Counted from the stretch's first letter, positions 18,538 through 28,173 are shown. The stretch: DNA of 64,000 nucleotides from Clostridia bacterium (GCA_028692955.1 JAQUWH010000005.1:4615-68614); one strand, 5' to 3'. Numbers and translations are program-made. Notes: a model not told the origin generated them from the letters alone.

Positions 18538-19272
18538 TTATTTTACTAATTTTGCTTGAACAACATATCTACCATTTTCTATTCCATAATCACATGTTGA
18601 TAATGTTAATATTGTATCATTTTTGTTTACTTCAACTTTTGTATCGTATTCACTTTTTGCTTTTAATGATTTTAAGAAAGTTTCATAGTCATCTGCATCT
18701 TTAAATTTAGTATCAATATAGAAAAAGTCTGTATTTGTTGTGTATGTAGCAAATATTTGAAATTTGTAATTACCATATAATGTTGAAAATTCTATATTTT
18801 GATGAGTTTTAAAGAATTCTTCTTTTTTGTAATTAAACAATGGTGTAAATCTAGTATCCACTTCTGTGTTATGACCATAAATGATATAATGTTGCATTGA
18901 TTGTTCCATTTTTTTGATATCACATCTATAATCTAAAAAGTTTTCTCCCCATTTTGTCTCTTTATTATCCTTATCTTTTCTTAAATATCTATCGTTATTA
19001 TCTGACTGAAAAATAGCGGTATCAATACTTGTGCCAGATATTCTAAGCCATCCTACAACATCTTTATATTGCTTACTCAATATCGTTGACTCTTCTTGTA
19101 AATTTCTCTTTGTACTTGGTAACTGGTTTTCAGTCTTTTCAGTCAATTGTGTTTTTTTATCATCATTTGAAGTAAAGAAAAAGGAAAGTAAAAATCCTAT
19201 TAATGCAATTCCAAATATTGATGCTAATATAATTAAAATTCTAGTATTTCTTCTCTTTTTTACATTAATCAT
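18538..19272 (-). CDS. srtB: Class B sortase
   Basis: 244 aa with an N-terminal signal anchor. Contains VGWL.I.GT.ID..I.Q..DN..YL, YGHN and the catalytic TLSTC, plus a C-terminal R in the RYVV context typical of SrtB. Confidence 0.85.
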   Translation of the reverse strand: MINVKKRRNTRILIILASIFGIALIGFLLSFFFTSNDDKKTQLTEKTENQLPSTKRNLQEESTILSKQYKDVVGWLRISGTSIDTAIFQSDNNDRYLRKDKDNKETKWGENFLDYRCDIKKMEQSMQHYIIYGHNTEVDTRFTPLFNYKKEEFFKTHQNIEFSTLYGNYKFQIFATYTTNTDFFYIDTKFKDADDYETFLKSLKAKSEYDTKVEVNKNDTILTLSTCDYGIENGRYVVQAKLVK

Positions 19273-19291
19273 TATATTCTCCTTTCACTTC

Positions 19292-19906
19292 CTATTTCCC
19301 AGTATTAGGGTTTGGTATCCAGTCACTTTCTGCTTCTTGATTATTTGTATTTTGCTCTGTATTGTTATTTTCACTTGGTTGTGTATTTGTATTATTATTA
19401 GTTTGGTTATTATTTGTGTTTGAATTATTATTTGAACTATTGTTATTATTAGTATTGCTGTTTATATTACTACCACTTGGTGTACTTGGTTTTTCATTTT
19501 GTTGTATCGTTCCTTTTATTTTAAATAAATTAGAAGACTGTGCTTGTGTTCTAGCTCCACTATTCAATGTTGCTGAACCAGCAGCAATTGTGATTGTTTT
19601 GTTATCACCAGCACCTTTAATATTGCTTAGTGTTACCTTCCAAGTTTTACCACTACCAGATACTGTCTTTGTAGCTGTAAATCCATTTAATATGACATGG
19701 TTTGATGATAAGTTTACTGATTTAACACTTGAGTTATATTGTACCGTAAATACAACATTCTGCCCCTCTAGTATAACAGTAGGACCAGATACAATAAGAC
19801 CTGTGCTTTCAGCTAACATTGGCTTGTTCGATGGTAAAAAAGCACACATTAAAACAACAATAATGAATATATATGTTAATTTTCTCATTTTTTTTAATTT
19901 TGACAT
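19292..19906 (-). CDS. Secreted protein with Asn-rich linker and C-terminal NPNTG motif (candidate SrtB substrate lacking the usual tail)
   Basis: Signal peptide MSKLKKMRKLTYIFIIVVLMCAFLP. Beta-rich domain, then low-complexity N/S/T run, ending ...DWIPNPNTGK-stop. The srtB SD and ATG follow 20 nt later. Confidence 0.7.
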   Translation of the reverse strand: MSKLKKMRKLTYIFIIVVLMCAFLPSNKPMLAESTGLIVSGPTVILEGQNVVFTVQYNSSVKSVNLSSNHVILNGFTATKTVSGSGKTWKVTLSNIKGAGDNKTITIAAGSATLNSGARTQAQSSNLFKIKGTIQQNEKPSTPSGSNINSNTNNNNSSNNNSNTNNNQTNNNTNTQPSENNNTEQNTNNQEAESDWIPNPNTGK

Positions 19907-20043
19907 AGGTGTTCCTCCTAATTATCTACATTACTATTATACCACAATTTAGTTATTATGTCAATGATTTATATCTTTTAGGTTGTTAGGTTTGGCACAT
20001 ATATAAATTACATAATTTTTGAGATTTAGTAATATCCTTATGC

Positions 20044-20080
20044 AAAAATAAAATGTTAGTATTTAAAATACTAACATTTT
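20044..20080 (-). terminator. Intrinsic terminator of xerD
   Basis: Perfect 13-bp stem AAAATGTTAGTAT / ATACTAACATTTT with a 5-nt loop and T-rich tail. Confidence 0.8.
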
Positions 20081-20097
20081 ATTTTTCTCTTTATCAT

Positions 20098-20976
20098 TTA
20101 TGCTTTAAAATCTAGATTAAAGTAATTATCTTTTTCATCTAAATTTGCCATTTGTGTATACATCATTGTAGATGCCACATCTGTATGACCTAGTAATTCT
20201 TGTACTGTTTTTAATTCAGCTCCATTTTGTAGCATATGTACTGCAAATGAATGTCTGATAGTGTGTGGAGTAATATCTTTAGCAATTTTTGCTTGATCTT
20301 TGTATTGCTTTAATATTTTCCAATATCCTTGTCTTGTCATTTTTTGACCGTTTGTATTGATAAATAAAGTTTTCTCTTCTTCCGTTCTAATTAATAAAGG
20401 TCTTACTTTATTTATATATTCTTTTATACATTTTAATGAAAGGTTACCAAGAGGAATATGTCTTTCAGCATTTTTCTTTTTCACTTTTATATAGCCATTG
20501 TTTAAATTAACATCATCGACTTTTAAAGATACTAATTCTGTTACTCTTATACCAGTTGAATACAATACTTCAAGCATCGCTTTATCTCTTTGACCTTTTA
20601 ATTCAGATAAATCTGGTTGTTCTAACAATTTTTCTATTTCAGAAGAAGTTAAAATCATTGGCTCTTTTCTATCAACTTTTGGTGATTCTATATTATCAGC
20701 AATATTCTCTTCTACTAAATTTTTACTAAGTAAATATCTGTATAAACTTTTAATAGAAGCCGTACTTCTTGATATCGTTGAATTCGATTTTCCTTTCGCC
20801 AATAGATGGTTAATATATTCTTGCATATCTTCCTTTGTAAGGTCGAATATTTTTTTATCATTTGAATCAAAATAATTGCTAAATTGCATAATATCTCTTT
20901 CGTAAGAAGCAATTGTATTTTGTGATGCTTGTCTTGCCTTTAAGCTATCAATAAATTCGTCGATTATAATTTTCAT
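20098..20976 (-). CDS. xerD: Tyrosine site-specific recombinase XerD/XerC type
   Basis: Contains RD.A.LE.LY.TG.R..E and the C-terminal HT.RHSFA.H.L..GA.L...Q.LLGH....ST..YT catalytic block. The start is moved to the ATG 8 nt after GGAGGG (ORF track start 20991). Confidence 0.85.
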   Translation of the reverse strand: MKIIIDEFIDSLKARQASQNTIASYERDIMQFSNYFDSNDKKIFDLTKEDMQEYINHLLAKGKSNSTISRSTASIKSLYRYLLSKNLVEENIADNIESPKVDRKEPMILTSSEIEKLLEQPDLSELKGQRDKAMLEVLYSTGIRVTELVSLKVDDVNLNNGYIKVKKKNAERHIPLGNLSLKCIKEYINKVRPLLIRTEEEKTLFINTNGQKMTRQGYWKILKQYKDQAKIAKDITPHTIRHSFAVHMLQNGAELKTVQELLGHTDVASTMMYTQMANLDEKDNYFNLDFKA

Positions 20977-21104
20977 TGTTTTACCCTCCATGTCTTTCTA
21001 TAACATTGTACACTATTTTTTGACATTTTGCAAGCATTTCCTCTAAAAATTATGTAATGTTTCAAAATTTTCACCTTACATACATATGAATCCATATAGA
21101 TGTG

Positions 21105-21719
21105 CTATATGCCTCCATATAAGGATATCACCCCAAGTGTAGTCAATTGCTCCACAACGATTGATAGAAACATAATAGAGAAGCCTATTAGAACCCTAAT
21201 ACTCTCCTTTGCAACAAGAGACATTTTCGAACTTTCTCTTGCTATTATTTCATGATTAAATTTTAATGAATTAGCAGAGGTATATAAATAGGCAGGTATA
21301 TACAAAAGATTTGGTAGAATAACCAATAATAAAAGTGCCACTAAACCTTTTCCAGGCCCAAATATTGAAAATAACGTTGGTATATAAATGCCTATTGCAA
21401 GTCCTTTTGATATACTTAATATGCTCATGACATATGGTGCTATTAAAGACAATGAGACAAGATAGATGACTGTTACTAAAACTATATTAGCAATCATCCC
21501 ATTTTTAATGACATTAATTCCGGTAAAATTCTCTTGTTTTGTTAATTCTAACGTTTGTCTCATACTTTTTAGTATTTCTTCTTCGACACTAGCATCTATC
21601 ATATTATATAATATAATTCCGACAACAAGTCCAATTATAAGACAAAAAAATATAACACTTAGTACTTTAAAGTTCTCTTCTATATAATTTCTTAAATATT
21701 GTTTCATAGTTATCACCAC
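21105..21719 (-). CDS. spoIIM: Stage II sporulation protein M
   Basis: 204-aa polytopic membrane protein of SpoIIM size and topology, next to xerD as in Bacillus. The start is uncertain (GTG 21719 or ATG 21707). Confidence 0.55.
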   Translation of the reverse strand: MVITMKQYLRNYIEENFKVLSVIFFCLIIGLVVGIILYNMIDASVEEEILKSMRQTLELTKQENFTGINVIKNGMIANIVLVTVIYLVSLSLIAPYVMSILSISKGLAIGIYIPTLFSIFGPGKGLVALLLLVILPNLLYIPAYLYTSANSLKFNHEIIARESSKMSLVAKESIRVLIGFSIMFLSIVVEQLTTLGVISLYGGI

Positions 21720-21756
21720 ACAACATCATATGCTATGTGGTGATTTTTTATACTTT

Positions 21757-22209
21757 TTATAGCAAAAACTTGTCTCTTTCTTGCACTGCTAACTCATCAC
21801 ATCTATTGTTGTATGTGTTATCACTATGCCCTTTTACTTTCACAAAACGAACATTATGAGTCTCAAGTAATGCTAACATTTCTTCCCATAATTCTATATT
21901 TTTTACCCTTTCTTTATCGGCTTTTATCCAGTTATTTTTCTTCCATGAATAAAGCCAGCCTTTTTCAACTGAATTTACCACATAGGCGCTATCACTATAT
22001 ACGGTAACATCACAAGCCTCTTTTAGTAGTTCAAGTCCTTTTACTACAGCTGTTATCTCCATTTTATTGTTTGTAGTATTAAGTTCTCCTCCACTAATTT
22101 CTTTTTCTATCCCTTTATATATCAAAATAGCGGCATAGCCACCAGGCCCAGGGTTTCCACTACAAGCACCATCTGTATATATTTTTACGTTTTTTACTTT
22201 CTCTTCCAT
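21757..22209 (-). CDS. rnhA: Ribonuclease HI
   Basis: Contains YTDGACSGNPGPGGYAAIL, TNN.ME and VKGH..N..N..CD.LA, the RNase H catalytic DEDD context. Confidence 0.9.
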   Translation of the reverse strand: MEEKVKNVKIYTDGACSGNPGPGGYAAILIYKGIEKEISGGELNTTNNKMEITAVVKGLELLKEACDVTVYSDSAYVVNSVEKGWLYSWKKNNWIKADKERVKNIELWEEMLALLETHNVRFVKVKGHSDNTYNNRCDELAVQERDKFLL

Positions 22210-22304
22210 GTATCTTCCCCCTTGAATAATTTCAGTACATATGTTAAACTAAAGTATATAGTATCATATAATGAAAGAAAAAACAATAAAGTGAGGTGTA
22301 ATTG

Positions 22305-23508
22305 ATGAGTGTAGTTGGTTTAATTGCAGAATATAACCCTTTTCATAATGGGCATAAATATCATATAGAAAAGTCAAAAGAAATTACTAAAAGTGACTGT
22401 TGTGTAGTAGTCATGTCTGGAAATTTTACACAAGCGCGGTAATATTGCTATCTACGATAAATTTACAAGAGCAAAAGTTGCTATTGAAAATGGTGCAGAT
22501 TTAGTATTAGAACTACCTACTATTGTTGCTAATTCAAGTTCTAGGTTCTTTGCCCTTGGCGCCATTAATTTACTTTCAAAACTTGGTATCATTGATAGCA
22601 TTTGTTTTGGTGCGGAAACGGAAGATATCTCTGTTTTAAATGAGATTGTAGATATTACTAGTAAGAATGAAGAGAGAATATGGAATGATATACAAGCATA
22701 TCTTAAAACTGGAGTCTCTTTTGCAGTAGCTAGAGAGCAGGTATTACGTAGTTATTTAACCCAAATACAATTAGAAAATATATCGCTTCCCAACAATATT
22801 CTGGCAATTGAATATCTCAAAGCAATCAAGGATTTAAAAAGTAATCTATTACCTTTTAGCATAAAAAGAGAAGTATCTGATTTTAATGAAATCATCTTAA
22901 ACAATAATAGTTACCATTTCACAAGTGCTACTAGCATACGTAACTCTGTAAAATGTCAGAAAATAACTACACTGGATCGCTATATGCCTTCTACTTCCTA
23001 TAAAGTAGTTACTACTAAAATACCCACATTTAATGATAGTCTTTTTGAAATATTAAAATACAAAGTCATTACCATGTCAAAAGAAGAATTAAGTAATATA
23101 CAAGAAGTAACAGAAGGTCTAGAAAACAAGATTATAGAGGCAGTAGGGATATCAAAAGATTATGAAGAATTAGTTCAGAATATTAAATCTAAAAGATATC
23201 AAATGAGTAAAATCAAAAGAATGCTAAATAATATTTTATTAAATATAACAAAAAAAGAATTCAATAATATGATGAACAATCATTTAACTTATGCGCATGT
23301 TCTTGCTTGTTCAGAAAATGGTAAAGTGCTATTATCGAGCATTGCTAAAAATTCTGATATTGATTTAATCACTTCATTAAGTGAAAACACCTTATTACAA
23401 GTGAGTGAAAACACTCATCGATTATTAAAATATGATATACTAGCAAGTAATATTTATAGCATTGTCAATAATAAAAAAATAAATACAGACTATACAAATT
23501 ATTTATAA
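22305..23508 (+). pseudogene. tmcAL: tRNA(Met) cytidine acetate ligase TmcAL (YlbM/UPF0348), interrupted by a 1-nt frameshift near 22434
   Basis: Frame 0 reads [26 protein letters not shown]...[12 protein letters not shown]-stop (22440-22442). The next frame continues without stop or Met from 22435: [28 protein letters not shown]... to 23508. Removing the G at 22434 restores NFTQRGN. Confidence 0.8.
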
Positions 23509-23521
23509 TTTGTATAGTCTG
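23486..23521. terminator. Bidirectional terminator between tmcAL and the convergent membrane protein gene
   Basis: Perfect 16-17 bp stem CAGACTATACAAATTAT / TAATTTGTATAGTCTG spanning the tmcAL stop codon. Confidence 0.75.
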
Positions 23522-23526
23522 CTCTA

Positions 23527-24228
23527 TTATTTTGCTTCTAGATATTCTTGAGCTGATTCAATGTTTAAATATACATTACCCTCTTTGTCCATTAACCAAA
23601 ATTGTCTTTTATTTTCTTCAATTTGTCTAATAGGTTTAATCGTATCAATTAATTTATCAAAATCAATCAAATAAAAATCTTTACCACTATCTTTTAAAGC
23701 TATTATTTCCTTTATTCGTTCATACTTCTTGTCATCAAAACTTTCCTTTAAGGTATTCACATCTGTAGATGAGTAATAAATTCTAACACCAGATGAATCC
23801 ATAAATAATTGTTCAGCTGCTTGTTCTCTTGTTGTTCCATTGCTATTAAATAGCGTCATTTTATTAATATATGAATTAACATCTGCTTGTAACTCACTTT
23901 TATCGGTTGTAACATTAGACATTCTCATCCCGTTGACTACTTTTGTATATCCATAGTTATACCCGATATTAATACTAACCGGTTGTATGACATTAAATGT
24001 GATTAATAAAATGAATACAGATAGAATGGTAAGTACAAAATTTAAAAACATAACAATAATTCCAAATACTACGCTTTTTTCTCTTGTTACTTTTAGCCCT
24101 ATACCAAAACCAATCAAACATAAAACAGTTCCGATAATAGGAACGTTATAGAAAATAATGCCTGCAATTGCTAATAGAATTGTAACGATAATTAAACCCA
24201 TAAATTTCTCCTTTTTTATTATTTTCAA
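23527..24228 (-). CDS. Membrane protein, unknown function
   Basis: 233-aa ORF with three N-terminal TM helices followed by a soluble domain. No motif recognised. Confidence 0.5.
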   Translation of the reverse strand: MKIIKKEKFMGLIIVTILLAIAGIIFYNVPIIGTVLCLIGFGIGLKVTREKSVVFGIIVMFLNFVLTILSVFILLITFNVIQPVSINIGYNYGYTKVVNGMRMSNVTTDKSELQADVNSYINKMTLFNSNGTTREQAAEQLFMDSSGVRIYYSSTDVNTLKESFDDKKYERIKEIIALKDSGKDFYLIDFDKLIDTIKPIRQIEENKRQFWLMDKEGNVYLNIESAQEYLEAK

Positions 24229-24271
24229 TTATATCTCATTCTCAATTTTTTTTCAATAGAAAACATAACAA

Positions 24272-24303
24272 AAAGAGATTTAAATATCACTCTAAATCTC
24301 TTT
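24272..24303 (-). terminator. Intrinsic terminator of the alpha operon (after rplQ)
   Basis: AAAGAGATTTA / TAAATCTCTTT 11-bp stem, followed on the minus strand by TTGTTATGTTTT. Confidence 0.7.
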
Positions 24304-24318
24304 TATTTATTCCATTAA

Positions 24319-24840
24319 TTATAGTAATTCAATGATAGCCATTTCAGCTGCGTCACCTTTTCTTGCTACTAATTTAATGATTCTTGTATAACCACCTTTA
24401 GCTTCATACTTTGGTGCGATTTCGCCAAATAATTTTTCTGTTAAATCGATTGTTTTTCCATCAAAATCTTTTATTTTGTTAATTGTCTTAAACATTTTTC
24501 TTCTTGCTGCCAATCTAGATGGTTTATCAACATTGATTTTCTCAGTCACAATTTCTCTATCAATTACTTCATATTTATTTCCATTTTTTGAAGTTTTTTG
24601 AACTTTTACTTTTTTACCGTTTTTATCTAGTTTCGCTCTAGAAATTTTCTTTTCTTTTACTTCAAAGTTATCTTTTTCTTTGATAGCTAAGTCTATTAGA
24701 CTATCTACTAATGGTTTTACTTCTTTTGCTTTTGCAAGAGTCGTTTCAATTTTACCATTTAATACTAAAGATGTAACTAATCCGTTAAGTAAAGCTTTTC
24801 TTTGAGATGTAGTTCTAGAAAGTTTTCTTGTTCCTGCCAT
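24319..24840 (-). CDS. rplQ: 50S ribosomal protein L17 (unusually long, 173 aa)
   Basis: N-terminus RKL.RT.SQRKALL..L..SL......ETT..KAKE and C-terminus GGYTRI.KL..R.GD.A.MA.IEL are canonical L17. A Lys-rich insert of about 50 aa lies between them. Confidence 0.9.
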   Translation of the reverse strand: MAGTRKLSRTTSQRKALLNGLVTSLVLNGKIETTLAKAKEVKPLVDSLIDLAIKEKDNFEVKEKKISRAKLDKNGKKVKVQKTSKNGNKYEVIDREIVTEKINVDKPSRLAARRKMFKTINKIKDFDGKTIDLTEKLFGEIAPKYEAKGGYTRIIKLVARKGDAAEMAIIELL

Positions 24841-24867
24841 TTTAGCGTTTCCCTCCTTATTATCTAA

Positions 24868-25815
24868 TTAGTCTTCTTTATTTTTAAATTCAAGACCTAA
24901 GTCTTTTACTTTATTAATGACTTCTTCCAATGATTTTTTACCTAAATTTCTAACTTTAATCATATCTTGTTCAGATTTATTTACTATATCTGCAACAGTA
25001 TGAATACCAGCTCTTTTTAGACAATTATATGGTCTTACTGAAAAATCTAAATCTTCTATTGCTGTCTCTAATAATTTATCTTTCATAGACAATTCTTTTT
25101 GAGACATAATAGACATTGTTTTAGCAATTTCAGATAAGTCAATAAACATTTCTAAATGTTCATTTAGGATTTTAGCTGCCATGCTTAATGCTTGATATGG
25201 TTCTATAACTCCATTAGTCCATATTTCCATAACTAATTTATCAAAATCAGCATCTTGACCAACTCTTGTTTTTTGGACATCAAAGTTTACTCTTTTAACA
25301 GGAGTATAGATTGAATCAATCGGTAAAACATTTACTGCTAATGTAGCATTTTTTGTTCTATCTCCATTGCTATATCCTCTTCCTTTTTCAACTGTCATGT
25401 CTATATTAAGTTGACTACCTTCTTCCACATAAGCAAGGTGTAAATCTTTGTTTACAACTTCAATCGTAGAATCTGTAATGATATCTCCAGCTGTTACTTC
25501 ACAAGGACCTTTTGCCTTAATGCTAACTTCCTTTACATCCATGTCATCAGATTTTAAGCAAACTTGTTTCAAGTTTAATATCAAATCTGTAGCATCTTCT
25601 GTAACACCTGGAATAGTAGAAAACTCATGAGTTATTCCATCAATTTTTATACTATTAATTGCATAACCTGGTAGTGAAGAAAGTAATATTCTTCTTAGAG
25701 AATTACCAAGTGTAATTCCAAATCCTCTTTCTAAAGGCTCTACCTCAAATCTTGCATAATATGTGTCAACATCTACCTCAACACATTTTATTTCTGGTCT
25801 TTGCATTTCAATCAT
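24868..25815 (-). CDS. rpoA: DNA-directed RNA polymerase alpha subunit
   Basis: Contains FEVEPLERGFG.TLGN.LRR.LLSS.PG and the C-terminal domain L.LSVR..NCLKRAGI.TV..L. The start is set at the ATG 8 nt after GGGAGG (ORF track start 25851). Confidence 0.93.
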   Translation of the reverse strand: MIEMQRPEIKCVEVDVDTYYARFEVEPLERGFGITLGNSLRRILLSSLPGYAINSIKIDGITHEFSTIPGVTEDATDLILNLKQVCLKSDDMDVKEVSIKAKGPCEVTAGDIITDSTIEVVNKDLHLAYVEEGSQLNIDMTVEKGRGYSNGDRTKNATLAVNVLPIDSIYTPVKRVNFDVQKTRVGQDADFDKLVMEIWTNGVIEPYQALSMAAKILNEHLEMFIDLSEIAKTMSIMSQKELSMKDKLLETAIEDLDFSVRPYNCLKRAGIHTVADIVNKSEQDMIKVRNLGKKSLEEVINKVKDLGLEFKNKED

Positions 25816-25879
25816 TTTATTTCCTCCCTCTAGTATGCTCTGATTACACATACTATTAATTTACTTTAAATGATTTCAA

Positions 25880-26509
25880 CTAGTTTTTAGAGTATAACTC
25901 AACGATTAAGCTTTCTGCAACTTCTAACTCAACGTCATCTCTTACAGGTTTTCTTAATACTTTTGCTTCTAATGTCTCTTTATTAAATTCTAACCAAGAA
26001 GGAATTGCTTTTAATTTATTAACTTCTAAAACAGAAACTACTGTTTTGTTTTCTTTCTTAGCATCTCTTACTTTGATAACATCTCCAACTTTACAAATGT
26101 AAGATGGAATATTTACTTTTTTACCATTTACTTCTAACATTTCATATCCAACTAATTGTCTTGCTTCTGCTCTAGAAGTACCAACACCAATTCTATATGC
26201 TATGTTATCTAATCTTAATTCTAATTGTTCAAATAATGTATCAGATGTTACACCATCACGTCTGAACGCTTCATCATAGTATTTTCTAAATTGAGATTCA
26301 GAAACTCTATAATAATTCTTAGCTCTTTGTTTTGCTCTAAGTTGAAGCCCATATTCAGATAATTTTGTTCTAGCCTTTCCGTGTTGTCCTGGTGCAAATG
26401 GTCTTCTGTCAATTGAACATTTATTTGAATTACATCTTGTTCCTTTTAAGAAAAGTTTTATGCCTTCTCTTCTGCATTTTTTACAAACTGCATCTGTATA
26501 TCTTGCCAT
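25880..26509 (-). CDS. rpsD: 30S ribosomal protein S4
   Basis: The sequence MARYT...CK.CRREG.KLFLKG.RC and the S4 domain are canonical. Confidence 0.95.
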   Translation of the reverse strand: MARYTDAVCKKCRREGIKLFLKGTRCNSNKCSIDRRPFAPGQHGKARTKLSEYGLQLRAKQRAKNYYRVSESQFRKYYDEAFRRDGVTSDTLFEQLELRLDNIAYRIGVGTSRAEARQLVGYEMLEVNGKKVNIPSYICKVGDVIKVRDAKKENKTVVSVLEVNKLKAIPSWLEFNKETLEAKVLRKPVRDDVELEVAESLIVELYSKN

Positions 26510-26527
26510 TTTATTCTTACACCCCCA

Positions 26528-26920
26528 CTATATCCTTCTTCTTTTTGGTGGTCTACAACCATTGTGTGGTATTGGAGTAACATCTTTTATCATGTTGATT
26601 TCCAAACCTGCTGCTTGAAGTGATCTGATTGCAGCTTCTCTACCAGAACCTGGACCCTTTACAAATACTTCTACACTTTTTAGACCATGTTCTTTTGCTG
26701 CATTAGCTGCAGTTTCAGCTGCTTGACCTGCTGCAAATGGAGTATTTTTTCTTGAACCTTTAAATCCAAGACCGCCAGCACTTGCCCAAGATAATACATT
26801 ACCTTGAGAATCTGTCATTGTAACAATTGTATTGTTAAATGATGATTGGATATGTGCAGCACCAGTTGATATATTCTTTTTAACTTTTTTCTTTGCTACT
26901 ACTTTTTTCTTTCCAGCCAT
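26528..26920 (-). CDS. rpsK: 30S ribosomal protein S11
   Basis: Contains [16 protein letters not shown]...W.S.G..GFKGSRK.TPFAA and the C-terminal [16 protein letters not shown]. Confidence 0.95.
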   Translation of the reverse strand: MAGKKKVVAKKKVKKNISTGAAHIQSSFNNTIVTMTDSQGNVLSWASAGGLGFKGSRKNTPFAAGQAAETAANAAKEHGLKSVEVFVKGPGSGREAAIRSLQAAGLEINMIKDVTPIPHNGCRPPKRRRI

Positions 26921-26923
26921 TTC

Positions 26924-27295
26924 TTATACTCCTTTCTTTCCAGCAATTGGTTTTGCTTTGCCTTTTCTTGTTCTTGCGTTCGTTTTAGTTCTTTGTCCAC
27001 GAACTGGTAATCTTCTTTTATGTCTTTGTCCTCTATAACAATTAATTTCCATTAATCTTTTGATGTTTAGAGCAACATCCTTACGAAGGTCACCTTCTAC
27101 AACATAATCTCTTTCGATTATTTCTCTTATTTTAGCTTCTTCTTCTTCAGTGAAATCTTTCACTCTTTTTGTAGTTTCAATACCTGCTTCTGCAAGTATT
27201 TTTCTTGATGCAGAACGACCCACTCCATAAATAGATGTTAGTCCTATTTCTGCTACTTTACCTTTTGGTAAATCTACTCCAGCTATACGTGCCAT
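26924..27295 (-). CDS. rpsM: 30S ribosomal protein S13
   Basis: [11 protein letters not shown]......LT.IYG.G and the YRG.RH...[15 protein letters not shown] block. Confidence 0.95.
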   Translation of the reverse strand: MARIAGVDLPKGKVAEIGLTSIYGVGRSASRKILAEAGIETTKRVKDFTEEEEAKIREIIERDYVVEGDLRKDVALNIKRLMEINCYRGQRHKRRLPVRGQRTKTNARTRKGKAKPIAGKKGV

Positions 27296-27314
27296 TTGAT
27301 TTTACACCCCCATA

Positions 27315-27428
27315 TTAACCTTGTCTTTGTTTGTGCTTTGGATTTTCGCAGATTACACGAACTACGCCGTTTCTTCTGATAATTTTGCACTTTTCACAAA
27401 TTTTCTTTACAGATGGTCTTACTTTCAT
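27315..27428 (-). CDS. rpmJ: 50S ribosomal protein L36
   Basis: Hand translation gives [37 protein letters not shown] (37 aa). Too short for the ORF track. Confidence 0.93.
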   Translation of the reverse strand: MKVRPSVKKICEKCKIIRRNGVVRVICENPKHKQRQG

Positions 27429-27575
27429 TTTAAATCCTCCTTAAAATTTTGTTAATTCATTAACAAAAGTAAGTATATATAATAAACAAATAACTAAATA
27501 TAAAAGTTACTTAGGCTTGTTCACTTTTACAGCCGCTTCAGTTTTTGCTTATTGCATAATAAAAAATAATTGGAA

Positions 27576-27794
27576 TTATTTTGCTCTCCAAGTAATTCTT
27601 CCTTTAGTTAAATCATAAGTTGATAACTCAAGTTTTACTTTATCACCTGGCAATATTTTAATATAATGCATTCTTAATTTACCTGATATATGAGCAAGTA
27701 CTTCGTGTCCATTCTCAAGTTTTACTTTAAAATTTGCGTTTGGTAACGCGTCAACGACTACTCCCTCAACTTCGATTACATCATCTTTAGCCAC
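27576..27794 (-). CDS. infA: Translation initiation factor IF-1
   Basis: (M)[11 protein letters not shown]...[20 protein letters not shown]...I.ILPGD.V..E.S.YDL..GRI..R. GTG at 27794 is 8 nt after AGGAGG. The track start TTG 27800 is too close to the SD. Confidence 0.92.
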   Translation of the reverse strand: MAKDDVIEVEGVVVDALPNANFKVKLENGHEVLAHISGKLRMHYIKILPGDKVKLELSTYDLTKGRITWRAK

Positions 27795-27864
27795 AGTCAA
27801 TTCCTCCTATTTTAAATGTATAAAAAACGCTCTATTGATTACTAGGGCATTAGTTAACACATAT

Positions 27865-27893
27865 ATTATAACAAAGATATATGTTATTGTCAA
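27865..27893 (-). promoter_or_regulatory. Consensus sigma-A promoter directly upstream of infA
   Basis: The minus strand reads TTGACA-ataacatatatctttgt(17)-TATAAT. Confidence 0.75.
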
Positions 27894-28014
27894 CGAAAAT
27901 AGTAAAAATAATATGAAAATTCCGTATAAATATTTAATTTTACTGACAAAATATTGATTATAATTTCAAAATATGATATAAGTAAACTAAATTAGTTTAA
28001 GGTGGATGTATTAT

Positions 28015-28173
28015 ATGGGAAATTATAATTTTAGAGAAAGTTATGAAAAGAAAGTAGAAGAACAACAAACGAAAAAAGATTTTTCTTCATCACTTTCAAA
28101 ATTTATTGATAAATTTTTAGCAATTAGTGAAAAAATTATTTATACTGTTATTAACTTTATAGCAAAACACTAA
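28015..28173 (+). CDS. Possible 52-aa small protein (hypothetical)
   Basis: ATG lies 8 nt after AAGGTGGA. The product is MGNYNFRESYEKKVEEQQTKKDFSSSLSKFIDKFLAISEKIIYTVINFIAKH, followed by a terminator. No homology recognised. Confidence 0.3.
   Translation: MGNYNFRESYEKKVEEQQTKKDFSSSLSKFIDKFLAISEKIIYTVINFIAKH

Noticed and set aside
19337-19471. Highly repetitive aat/aac-rich DNA. I considered whether it was a microsatellite or CRISPR-like repeat.
   Set aside because: It is in-frame coding low complexity (an Asn/Ser/Thr linker) with no regular repeat-spacer periodicity. No CRISPR array was seen anywhere in the window.
19362-19952. 196-aa plus-strand ORF antisense to the NPNTG protein gene.
   Set aside because: It is the mirror image of the Asn-rich low-complexity coding region (Leu/Phe/Val-rich nonsense) and has no RBS. 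The minus-strand ORF has a signal peptide, an SD and operon logic with srtB.
20715-20912. Same-strand alternative-frame ORFs inside xerD (20715-20912), polC (37932-38165) and the 1337-aa gene (49527-49709, 51423-51605).
   Set aside because: They are nested within well-supported longer genes in a different frame and have no independent translation signals.
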